From Camelus dromedarius (taxonomy: Eukaryota), in the NCBI RefSeq assembly GCF_036321535.1, contig NC_087437.1, positions 66,714,001 through 66,778,000 on the forward strand: a stretch of 64,000 nt of DNA, written 5' to 3'. Positions within the stretch are counted from its first letter, which is position 1. Each line of letters begins with the position of its first letter. This document shows, one piece after another, positions 52,056-64,000 of this stretch. The translations under genes were made by a program, and so were the position numbers. Below the pieces are notes generated by a model. It was given only the letters and a program-made list of their open reading frames with translations. It was not told where the DNA came from and did not search any database.

Positions 52056-52515
52056 GTATTAGTTGTCTGTTAACATATGCTGTAACAAATATCCGTAGAG
52101 CCATGGTAGCATACCACACTATGTATTTATTGTGCATATGTTGGGGTCAGCTGGAAGTCAGGAGGCTCTCCTGATCTTATCTGGGTTCAGTCTCATATGT
52201 GGGATTGACTGGCTCGCTGTCAGTTTAGGCAACTCGGACAACTGAGCTCCGCTGCACAAGTGTCTCATGCTCTGGCAGGTAAGCCTGGACATGGTCACAT
52301 GAAATTGACAGTGTCAAGAGAACAGGCCTCAGTGTGCAAGCCCATTTCAAGTTTCTGGTCACAGCATGTCTACTGACATCCCATTGGCCAAAACACATCA
52401 CATCACTGAGCGCAATATGGATATAGGGCAGGATCATCTTACCCATGGCATGAGGGCTGTGCAGTTACATGACAAGGAAGAGTAAAGAAATGGGGCCATC
52501 ATTGCAATCTAACAC
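52056..52515. mobile_element. MaLR (MLT1-like) LTR remnant
   Basis: TGTATTAGTT...GCTGTAACAAATATCC...ACATCCCATTGGCCAAAAC...GGGGCCATCATTGCAATCTA. Confidence 0.55.
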
Positions 52516-53982
52516 ACACCCCAGCCTCTCACCCCCACCACTACACATGCAGTTTGTGTTCAACAGTATTGAACTTGAAGCCTTCTCTGGCTTGCGCAGT
52601 TTTGCACATATGTCAGTTCTTCTGCCTGACAGTTCTACATTTACCCCTCCCATCGTACTACTCCAGGGCACATTCACAGTGGATCCCAGAGCTGCTGCTA
52701 ACCATCCTCTTACTTAGTAATAAGCTCATCCTTTTTCCCTCTATAGAAAACTATGAACAGGTGACATTTGTTAATTTTTTAAATAAAATGTGTAACTAAA
52801 TAATAATATGTTTTTTATTTTTTATTTTTTGTTTATTTTTAGCATATGTATTTTTTGTATATAAGATGTCTTTTTATTTGCTATTTTTAACATCTAAATT
52901 TATGTCTGTGAAATGACCATTTTATTTATAATACCTGGATCACAATGTGGAAGTTACTTAATGAGGACCTGGGGAAGTGTTTAAAATTTTTTTAAGGAAC
53001 CAAAGGTTGGAGCAACTATAAGAAGTTATGAAAAGTCTCACAAATATTCAGTCCTTTAAGTAATTCTGCTTGTAGAAATTTATTTATTATACTTCTAGAA
53101 TTGTTTTCATTAATCCACAAATATTTATTTAGTGCCTACTATGTTTCAGCCACTGTTCCAGACATCAAGGATACAGCAGTGAATTAATAAGCAGACTAAA
53201 ACCTCTGGTTCTTGGAGCTTACATTGTAGTGAGGGGAAGATAGACCAAGGGAAAGAAAGTGAAAACTGAAAAGCTAATAAACATGTAAAATAAGATCAGT
53301 GGAGAAAATAACCAGGCAAGGGGAACTAGGTGTGCCTGTGGGAGTGTAGCAGGTGATGTGGTAGGGAGGCAGGGCGTCCCCTTAGTAAGAAGGAGGAATT
53401 TGAAACAAGCCATTTGAAAATTACCAGATGTCCACAAAGATTTCGGGAAAAGCCTTATCCCACTGGAGTTTGTGATAGTGAAAAATAAGAAACAGTCTGA
53501 GTTTCCAACAAAAGAAAGTCTGAGTTTCCAACAAGAGGTAAGTTATGGTATAGCCATATGAGAACACTGTAGGACCTTTTAGAATTGTTACAGAAAAATA
53601 TTTTATAACATGAGAAAATGCTCAGTACATGCACATACACATAAGCATACACACAACGTTAAAGCAGCAGTATATAAAATAGTCTGTACTGTGTGAAGCT
53701 AAACATATCAAAAGTATAAAGTCTGTGCACCCAATTGTAAAAATTATAAAAATGATCATTTCTAGGTAATTTATATTGTCAGTGTGATTTTCTGTAGTTC
53801 CTGTTCTACAATGAATATATATTGCCTTTGTGGGAAGAAGTTAAGGAGCTTCCCAGATAATGAATTTATCATCAGCAGAATCCCTGTTACTTCATGTTCA
53901 CTCTGATGTTATGAGATCAGTTATGAGATCTGATCTTAGGTGGCATCAGTGGTCTCATTTTCATCCTCCCTTTTTTCTTCAG

Positions 53983-54331
53983 GTTTGGTGTTTATGTTCC
54001 TCTCTGCTGTTTCCACCAAGATAGTAGAGCTCATCTGCTCCTTACAGACTATAACTATGTGGTTCAGCACCAGGCGGTAGAGGAAAGTGCCTCAGCTGTG
54101 GGTGGCTTGGCCAAATCCAAAGACTTTATCTCCTTACTGCTGGAGTCTCTAAAAGAACAGTTTAATAATGCCACGCCCATCCCCACCCACAGTTGCCCCC
54201 TGTCTCCAGACCTCATTCGCAATGAAGTAGAATGTCTGAAAGCAGATTTCAACCACAGAATCAAGGAAGTTCTCTTCAACTCCCTCTTCAGTGCCTACTA
54301 TGTTGCATTTCTCCCCCTGTGTTTTGTGAAG
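53983..54331 (+). CDS. TMEM39A: TMEM39A exon 6 ([35 protein letters not shown]...[20 protein letters not shown])
   Basis: TTCAG| acceptor, AAG|GTAAGT donor, 349 nt. Confidence 0.96.
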
Positions 54332-55106
54332 GTAAGTGGCTACTTGGTTTTATATGCTTCCTGGATTTGTGTGTGAATGACATAAACTGGGTATTTCTTA
54401 TTTAATCCCCCTTTTCTCTGTCTCCCCTTTGGCAGCCTGGATGGTGGAGTTCGGCTGCATCTGGAGTACACTAATACCTGGTTGGTGGATAGATATTTCC
54501 ATATCTGTGATGCACCTGTGGTGGTCCCTTCTTTTTTCTTTTCTATTTTTTTAAAAAAATTTTTTCCAGTTTCCGGGAAGAATATACGTGTACAATAGAA
54601 TCAATGTTCTATTGGTAGCTTAAGAGAACTGAGGTTTCAAAAAAATTCAGCTTACCATGGTTGATCTTACTATGGTTATCAGGATTTCCCTTGAATTTAA
54701 TGTAACCTCTGTCTAAACTTTAATTTACTTCAGTAGAAAAGAAAAATGGTCTGGATGTCATTTGGGCCCAGAATCTTCTGGGTCATTTTAGTGCCCTTCC
54801 TTCACCCACTGAGAAGCACATCTGCGGCCGGAGTGACCACTCACAGAGAGCACTCACTTCTTATAGAAAGGAAACACTTGAAGTATAATTGCCTCTCCAA
54901 TTGCCTCCCAGCCCTAACTCATACAGCCAGAAAGTCAGGTTGAAGGATTTTGGAGGACTCTGCTCTTGAACTCTGCACGGACAGCAGGACAAATGCATGT
55001 GTGACTCAGTGTGGCATTTGTCTGCAGGGCGTATGTACACGCACCCATCCCTGTCTTCTTGCTCACTAGTACATGGATCATTTCTCTCTCTTCTGATCTC
55101 TTTCAG

Positions 55107-55294
55107 AGTACCCAGTACTATGACATGCGCTGGTCATGTGAGCACCTCATTATGGTGTGGATCAATGCTTTTGTCATGCTCACCACACAACTGCTGCCAT
55201 CCAAATACTGTGATTTGCTACATAAATCAGCTGCTCACCTGGGCAAGTGGCAGAAGCTTGAGCATGGGTCCTACAGCAACGCTCCACAGCACAT
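55107..55294 (+). CDS. TMEM39A: TMEM39A exon 7 ([62 protein letters not shown])
   Basis: TTTCAG| acceptor, |GTAAGT donor, 188 nt. Confidence 0.96.
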
Positions 55295-57177
55295 GTAAGT
55301 AGGTTAGAGGGTAAAACCACGTAACATCTTCCTACATGCTGCTGATCACGTTTATTTGCTTTGTATGTCATTCTTGTTCTTGGCTTTGAACATTTTAATT
55401 TTTAGTTTTTGTCTACATGGATGCTTGTCATCACTCTAAACTGAACGCAGGGGACTTTAACTCATTTCCGCCACCATCCCCAGTCCCTCCTTAAATGTCT
55501 CCTACCTTTCACTCCCCAGTCCCTCTAGAATGTGTAATTTGTTTCCCAAGCTATAATCTTGGAGTTTTCTCTCAGTTTTAACCCTTGGCCCAAATTCAAA
55601 GAGTCATGATATGTTTTTAATTCTCTTTAGAAGACTGTTAAATCCATCTTCTCATCTTCATTGCCACAGCTAAAAATAGTTGCTAGCTAATCATCTTACC
55701 TTAGGCAGCTGGAATTTGTTTCTCTCATCTTTTCTAACAAATGTAAATTTGTTCTAGTAATTTTCCAAGCCTGCATTTTTCATTGTGTCTTTCTTTCCTT
55801 CCTAAACTCACTAATGAATGTTGCCCTGCTCCTCCTGTGTTTAAATGAAAACTGTCTGTAATTGAGTTCTTTCAGAGTATTCCTCTCATTGTGTCCCCCG
55901 TCAGCCATTTCTCTGCATGTTCCCTATGGTCCCAAATGGCTGACTTTGGAACCCTTTTATTCTCCTGCTTCTGAGCCCTTCATCATACCTTTCTCTCAGA
56001 CCTGTTCCATCTCCATCTTCATCTTCATCTTCCTCCCGTTTATAATTTGAACATTTCACAAATTTCATCACCTAGAAATTCTTTCCTAATTAAGTGGGAC
56101 AGATTGAGGTGACATCCCCTTCCTCTCTCCCCCTAAGCGTGCTCCCTTCAATTATCTGCCTTGATGTCTGATACAGATTAGCACAGGCCTTCAAGCCCAG
56201 GAACTGAAAGAGATTGGGCCAGGCTGAAAAGAAACCCGACTGTGGGCAAAGGACAAATTTCAATAAAAATTGAAAATACAATCCACAGTACTAGTACTGT
56301 ACATCTTCAGGCTCCTGATGGCACATGGCCATGAGGTGTATCATCACTTTAATGCTGGTAAGTGTGAGCAAGGCCGGCGGAACATTTTCTGAACTGGGAA
56401 AGCTTCAGGGTGCTAGAATTTTTTTTTTCTTTAACATATCTAAAATGCTGTCCCAGTTCTTACCCTAGGAGACTAACCTTTCCAAAATCAGGAAGAGATG
56501 AATTAACTTAGATTTTTAAAAAATCTTAACCTGAAGATCCTCATCCCCACCCCAACTCCATTACATTGGTGCCGGAAAGGATGAAGCTTCTTCCGTAACT
56601 TCTTTTTCCTAGAGAAACCTCTATAAAAATAAACCAAGAAGGCGGTAAAAAGAAAAGTCTGTGTGTCAGTACCTTGTGTGTCTCTGTGTTCTTCTGTATG
56701 GGTTCTCACATATAAAGCATTTGAAGTGTGTAATAAATAAACTGATTTTCTATAGCTTTTTGGGATGCAATTCTGCAGTAAATGTCACGCTAATTTGATA
56801 ATGTTAATTGATCCACTGTTGTTACCATCCACTTTCTCTTGTTCCCTCTAGCATTTCCTCCGATAGACTCTGCTCACTTGGGACTGAGGTGACAGTCCGC
56901 CTGCTTACACTCGATTTTCTAGCTCATAGACGCCTTACTTTCACATTTACTTCTGCTTGTTCTCCTAAGCCTCTTAAGTCCTTTGACACTTTGCAGTTTC
57001 TCTCTACTGTATAGCAGTGAAATTATAATAAATCCTTTCTAACTCCTTCCAGTTTGACCGTGGAATAATCGTATTTTCAGAATTCAGGCAGATGAATCCT
57101 TGAATACTGAATCCTTCCCATAGAAATAGAGCTGGCCTTGCCAGACGCTGTTTTACCTGTAATCGCCTGTGTGCTAA

Positions 57178-57387
<210 letters not shown>

Positions 57388-57709
57388 TAAGCATCTAGCA
57401 CGGTGTGTAGCACATACTAGGAAATTAATGCATGTAATTATTCCACTACTGTAATGGCCCCTGTCCTTTGCAAATACCTTCTGAAAGGCAGTTTGAAGGT
57501 AAAATACCAAGATCTCAACTTAAATAGCTTGTCTGGTTTCTCTAGTTATACTGGAATTTGTTGAGTCTAGAATTACTTGAAAAAGTATACAATTATTTGA
57601 TTTCCTTTTTCATCTTATAACTTTTATTTGTAATAGTTTGGTTTAGTGGTGTCCTTATATTGTATCTGTGTATCCTTAAGCAATATCTAGTATAGTAATA
57701 ATGTGATGG

Positions 57710-57762
57710 TTTTTTGTTTTTTGTTTTTTTGTTTTTTGTTTTTTGTTTTTTGGTTTTTTTGG
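57710..57762. repeat. (TTTTTG)n-like simple repeat
   Basis: Run of T5-7G units. Confidence 0.8.
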
Positions 57763-59953
57763 TATTTGTCATATATCTCATCTCCTGAAATATCTTCCCC
57801 TTTGAAAGTCAGGCAAATGGCATGATCTGTGGCCTTTTACCTTTTCTTAGATTACAGGGATAAAAAAGCTTAGAAGTTAAAAAGGAAAAAGCAATAGACA
57901 CCCAGTAAACCCCACTTCTGTCCCACTTGAATTTACGCCTTGGGTTATGTTCTGTATGATCTTACAGTTTTCCAGGAATTCTGGCTCTAGGAGGCAGAAG
58001 TATATACTTAGAAGGGCCAGCTAATCAATGGGAGTGGGGAAAAGAAGGTACATGCAGGGCACTGGTTTTAGTGAAAATGCCTGTAGTGCATTGTCCTTGA
58101 GTGGAGATCGTATTTATTCTGAAAGAGAATTGGAGGTTTTATTTATTTATATATCCATCCATTCATTCATTCATTTATAACTTAAATCCCTCTCTCTGTC
58201 CCATTCTTCCCATCATCCCTTGTGATTCCTTGTGATGGTACGAGGACTTTCTGGTTCTGTGGGTATTTGCTACTAAGGCCTTTTAATTAAATACTGGGAA
58301 CTTGCCTCAGGGCAGCATTCTTGTAAATACCATGGTAGGGGAGGGTGGGGCAAGGTGATAGACCCTTGAATGAGGAAACTACAGGCATCTCCTAGACTCC
58401 TGTGAGACTGCCTTAAGATGGAGGCATGGACTTAAGTTACAACTGCATAAGCATTTGGTTTCTACATAGAGTATTTAATTTAGCCTGTTGAATTCCACAG
58501 GCCACTAATGATTTGTGTTGGCCCTTGTGGTCCCTTGGAAACCTACAGTAACCAAATAATTTATTGGAATTTTCTGCTTGAAAAATAAGTATTTTCTTGC
58601 TAGTGTTAGACAGCTGAAGAATCAGGTGGAAACCATAGAAGAAAGATTAAGGAAATTAACTTATTACTGATTTTGTGTGACCAAACAGGTGAATCAGTGG
58701 TTGTCAAAGTGATGGTTGGGTCACTTACATATAAGTTACCTGGCTCATTCTTTAAATAGTGATTCTGGGCCCCACCCCCCACCCCCAGCCCAAACTTCTG
58801 AGTCAATCTATGAAGGATCTCAGGTATTTTCAGTATTTGCATATTTAGAAATGTTTCTTAGGCACACTGAAGTCTGAGGAAACTCACTTAAAATGTGCCT
58901 GTTACGTATAGCTATTAGAATTTAAGGTCTGTCCTTGCATTTCCTCATTCAGTTTATGGCTTATTAGCACATTTAATGATGATTGTTATAATGTCACAGA
59001 ATCTGAAATAGCCTGAGGTTTTTTTTAGAATATTATTTCTGAGCCAATTTTATACATATTACTGGATATCATGTAATAAAACCCAGATTAAACATTTTCT
59101 TCCTCCCACAGAAGAATCTTGAGTACCTGGCTGCCTTTCAGAGCTGTCATGATAATTTGGCTTTATTCTCAGATTTGAGCCCTGAGGTCTGAGTCAGTTC
59201 TAATAGATCTAATATGCTGCTGTTACCACAGTCTGCCACCTGTGACTTTTATCTTTCTATTCATAATGCATTTTTATTGGTCAACCAGGATTTAGCCTTT
59301 TTGAATAAAGAATTTGGTAGGACTGAAAATAGCTCTGTTTTAACCAAACTTTAATTCTGACTAACTTTTCCTTTATTCTTTTCAATATCCAGAAAAACTA
59401 AATAAAACAAACAGCATGGTGGGTGACAGTTTAAGAAAAAATTAAGAAATTACTGTATAGATATTTCAACTTAAAATACCTCCTCTTCCTCCACACTTGT
59501 CTAATATAGGTGTTTATGTCTTAGACCAGCCCACAAACTAATGATTTTTATATTTTTAAATTGTTATGACTTACCTACATTATATCCTTAGTTTTTGCCT
59601 TTTGACTTACAAAGTCTAAAATATTTCCCATTTTGTCCTTTATTTAGCCCTTGTCTTAGATAGATAAATATACTTCTGGTTATCTCAAATAAAATATATA
59701 CCTAAGGTATAATCTAGGAAAAATCTTTAGAGGCAGAGTTCTTTTGGATGTAATCCCTTTTCATGTCTCAGAGGCATTAAAATAAAATATATTTCATTAT
59801 TCCTTGAGCAAAAAGGAAAAGGTTTGGGTCTCTATAGCAAGAAATAGCCTGATTGGTATTCAATAAAGATATCTACTCGTTAGTGGTAAGGAACATGTAA
59901 ATATGAAATAATTTTAGAAAAAAATGTGAAAATAACTACAGTCTTTTTTATGA

Positions 59954-60217
<264 letters not shown>

Positions 60218-63200
60218 GCTGCCTCTCAACAATGAGGGCGAACTCAGATAAAAATATTTTCATACGTTCTATTTTTTTCTTGCAATTTTTATAAATATTT
60301 AAGATATTTTATATTTTGTATACTATTATGTTTTGAAAGGCGGGAAGGGCAAGGGATATTAAATGTATCCATGAACAAGGTGATGTGATCTTTCATGTGT
60401 TAGTGTATTTGAATAATATACAGGGGAGAGGTGCACCTCTCCAGTAAAGAGATTGATCTGTCTCTATGGCTCTGGAATAACTCATTCATTTATGAACACA
60501 TCTCATATATCACTTGACACAGTGCCTTTGGTGTGTCTGCTTTCCTTCTCATCCTTCGTATTAGCTTTAGTCCTCAGTTGGCCTTATTGCTACACAAAGG
60601 GAACTCAGTGGAGTTGCCTGACAGCACTTGTTCTTTTTCTTTGACTGGCTAATAGTGTTGGAATACATTGGGGGAAAGCAGGGTTTAGTCCTGGGTGGAA
60701 TTCTCTTTGTTGCCTACTTGGTGGAGGAAGCATTTCTAAGATAAGCAACTCAGCATTCTATCTGCCCTATGACATTTAAATGTGCTTTTGAATAATCTAC
60801 CATCCTGAAACAGGAGATTGCTATCATTTTCTCTGTTTATTACACTTGTTTTGCCTCTGAAGATTTTCCTTTCATTGTTAGCTGTTTGAAATAATACTTT
60901 TTGGGACAGAATAGAATGCCCACACTCATGAAGGAGCTGGTGTGTGACTGATCTTGGGAGAGGATGAGCACAGGTGCCCTGCGTGGGGTCTGGGCACGTT
61001 GAAGACGCCAAGTAACTGGAAGAGTGGCTGCAGTCTGGCAGCAGCCCCCCTACAGTGGCATGTTTGGAGTTGTGAACGGAAGTGAAATATGAGAAGTTAC
61101 CTCTTTGTCCTCGGGTAATTTGATCTACGTGTGTTTTTAATTTCACACTCTGGAAACTTCATCTGTGAACAGTAACCCTTTTTGGTCTGTGTTCTTGAGA
61201 GGTGATATGCTTAGTCAGTTGATGTCAGTAGTCATCTAAACTCCTGAGGCTTTGTCTTGAGAGCCTGAAACAATTCTAATATGTTTTCTACGGTCACTTT
61301 GGGTTTTTTTTACACTGAAGCTTTTGGTGAAAACACGGTATGGTTTATGAAGTAAAAAGACCAATCATGTAATTCATGAACTGTCTCTGAAAACAGTTCT
61401 TGCAGAAGAGTTCCCAACAGGTTTTCAGCAAAGGCAGCCTTGTGAGGAGTAGGTGTGTATACAACTACCCAAGGTGACTGCTCTAAGTTAACCATTGTTT
61501 CCTTACATATCTTGATGGGTACACTTTTATTTTTTCAAAGTTACATTATTTGGCATTCAGTCTGAGTCTATTTGGTCATTGAACAAATATACATTGACCA
61601 CCAGGCACTATGTTAGGCATTGAGGATGTAGCAGTGAATAAGAAATGCAAAGGCCCTACACCATAGAGCTTACAGTGTGGGGGGTGGGAGGTGCAAAATA
61701 TACCATAAATAAACTTACATATATAATGTCTCCTGGTAGTAGTTATAAGTGTGGTAAAGAGAAATTAAATTAGGGTAAGGAAATAGACAGTGCTGGGAAT
61801 GGCACTGCTTGAAAGCATCTTTGAGGAGATGATTTTTGAGCAAAGACCAGATGAAGCAAGACTGAACCATTTGAATAGTTTTAGGGGGACTTCCATGTTA
61901 CAGTAACAGCAAGGGCGGTGAGTGCCCTCAGGTTGGAACGATTTTGGCATATTGGAAAAATAGCAAGATAATCAGTGTATTGGTTGTTTCTTGTGAAGTG
62001 ATTCAGCCTAAATGTGGTGGTTCTTGGAGTGGGAGTGGGGAGAAAGCTGCCATCCCCATATTCTTTCCTTAGGATCTTGAACATATGCTTCTTTTGACTA
62101 ACTGACATTTTGATGAGTCACTTGACAGCTGAGAGCAAAATGGGTGGCCTGGGCACAAAAATGTCACAATGGCCCCAGGTTGGCTCTGTCATTGAAAAGC
62201 AGCCTAGATAACTGATCAGAGATAATAGACTAGTCTTGTAAACTGCCATGATTCCCCCTTTTGGTTTGACCAGTCTTGGCCATATCCTAAAGAAGTAGCA
62301 CAGGAGGATCAGATGCCAGCTTGGCTAAACAAATGAGTGAATATAATAAATAAAATTTAATTTTGACTAACGGAATTACAAAGTGTACCCCTTCTTCCAG
62401 GTATGACAGCATCCGGGAGATTAAACCCTCAGTTCATCATGGTCCTACTTATTTCAGCTGTCCTTTGTAGGTTTCATAATCAGATGGGGGATAGAGGAAT
62501 TACTAGTTACCTGTATATCCTATTACTTAGGGATCATGTGAAGGAAAGGATACCATCTTCGTTTAGTGATGGGAGATGCATACGCATTAAAGAATGGATT
62601 TTCTTGTAATTGTTAAAAGTTGGGAAATGGTGTGTGGAAAAAATGTTACAGCAAAAGATCAGTTAGGTGAACTTGGGATACTGGGAAAGGAAAAGATGCT
62701 TGACCAGTTTTCTGGGTGGCTTAAAGTTAAGTGTGTCAGTAGAAGGGGGTTGTTCACAGGCATTAGCATGATGGAAACATTCGTCAGCATCCTGTTCACT
62801 CTGACTCCATGTTATATTCCCTAAGCTGCTTTCCCTCCCCTCCCTATCAATAATCACCTACACACCACTCCTCTCATTTCTGTTACTGAGCAATTATTAT
62901 GTGTCAAATTACTGCTGTGTGCCAGAGTTCACAGTACATTGTTCAGAGTACATTAACTTCAAGGCAGACAAGTAAGTAATTGTAACACAAAGGTGTTCAG
63001 TTAAGGAGGCACATACAAGAGACAGAAGTGATGTAAAAAAGAGTGATGAACTTTGCTTGGAAGCTGCAGTGTCAGGGAAAGCTTCACTGCATCAGTAACA
63101 CATGATGCATTTTAAAGGAGGACTAGTTTACCACAGAGATGAGGGAGTGGGGGCTCAAGCAGAATGAACAGAATATACAAAAACTTGTGGCATGGATTTG

Positions 63201-64000
63201 TACTAGGTTTTTAACTAATAGTTCAGTTATGCTGAAGAGCTAGATAAGGAATAGATTCGAGTGACTTGAATTCCACATTAAGTGGTTTGGGTTTTTATTA
63301 TTTTGTAGGTCACAGACTGTCAAAGGAGTGATCCTTGGACACTGCATCAGATCTACTAAGTCAGAATCATTAGGGTGAAGCCCAGTAATATGCCCCTTTC
63401 ACAAGCTCTTCAAATAATTCTTAAGTGGACAGAAGGCTGAGGACTTCTGTTGACAGAAGACATCTAACGAAAGATTTTAAGCTGAGGACTTGTGACCCAA
63501 AGAGTTCTCAGGTCAAGGGGCCAGGAACTGTAATCTCTGGATGAACAGCACCAGCATCAACTAGCTGGGAACTTGTTGGAAATGGAAAATTTCAAGCCCT
63601 ACAGTATAGTCAGAAACTGGGAGGATCCCAGAAGTCTGCACACACTCTCCAGGTGATTTTGATGAGAACCACTATCCTACCTTAGATATCTTTGACAGCA
63701 ATACATAGGATAGGTTTGGAGAACAGGGGAATGTAAATGAGACTTAAAGCAGGGAGACCAGTTAGCCAACCATTTAAAAAGTCCATGTAAGAAAAAATGG
63801 GAGTAGGGGTGGGATGACATCCTTGGGTGACAGAAAAAGCCATGGACATGAATAAGATAATGCAGGGAAAGTATGTGGAGTGAAAAGAGAAGGAAGGACA
63901 GAATTCTGGTGAATAACAACATTTAAGGGCAGAGGAAGAGGAAGCTTTCAAGTGAACAAGACTAAGAAAATAGAAGTCCAAGAGGTGAGGTGAATCAGAA

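Noticed and set aside
61345..61715. Candidate TMEM39A poly(A) signals (AGTAAA ~61351, AATAAA ~61708)
   Set aside because: Cannot choose between them from sequence alone; the AATAAA lies within an L2-like repeat

Overview
Mammalian genomic DNA, most likely a camelid, judged from Vic-1-type tRNA-derived SINEs and L1 3' ends I recall as camelid-style. The window covers the syntenic block TIMMDC1 - POGLUT1 - TMEM39A. It contains exon 1 and the CpG-island promoter of TIMMDC1 (minus strand; the rest lies left of the window). It also contains the complete 11-exon POGLUT1/KTELC1 gene (minus, 26667->6712, 1179-nt CDS, 392 aa ending KTEL) and the complete TMEM39A gene (plus, non-coding exon 1 plus 8 coding exons, 31697->60217, 1467-nt CDS, 488 aa), head-to-head with POGLUT1. 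All exon boundaries were read from the sequence and join in frame. Introns are filled with L1, L2, MIR, LTR and DNA-transposon remnants. I see no evidence of a novel multi-gene system. The best oddities are a short polyadenylated LTR-like retroposon with a 15-bp TSD starting at +5 of a TMEM39A splice donor, a weak-context GC splice donor at TMEM39A exon 8, a splice-junction-spanning uORF, CRE/UPRE-like motifs in the divergent promoters, and a solo LTR with six phased CCAAT boxes next to the TIMMDC1 promoter. Repeat family names are by eye and need RepeatMasker/Dfam confirmation.
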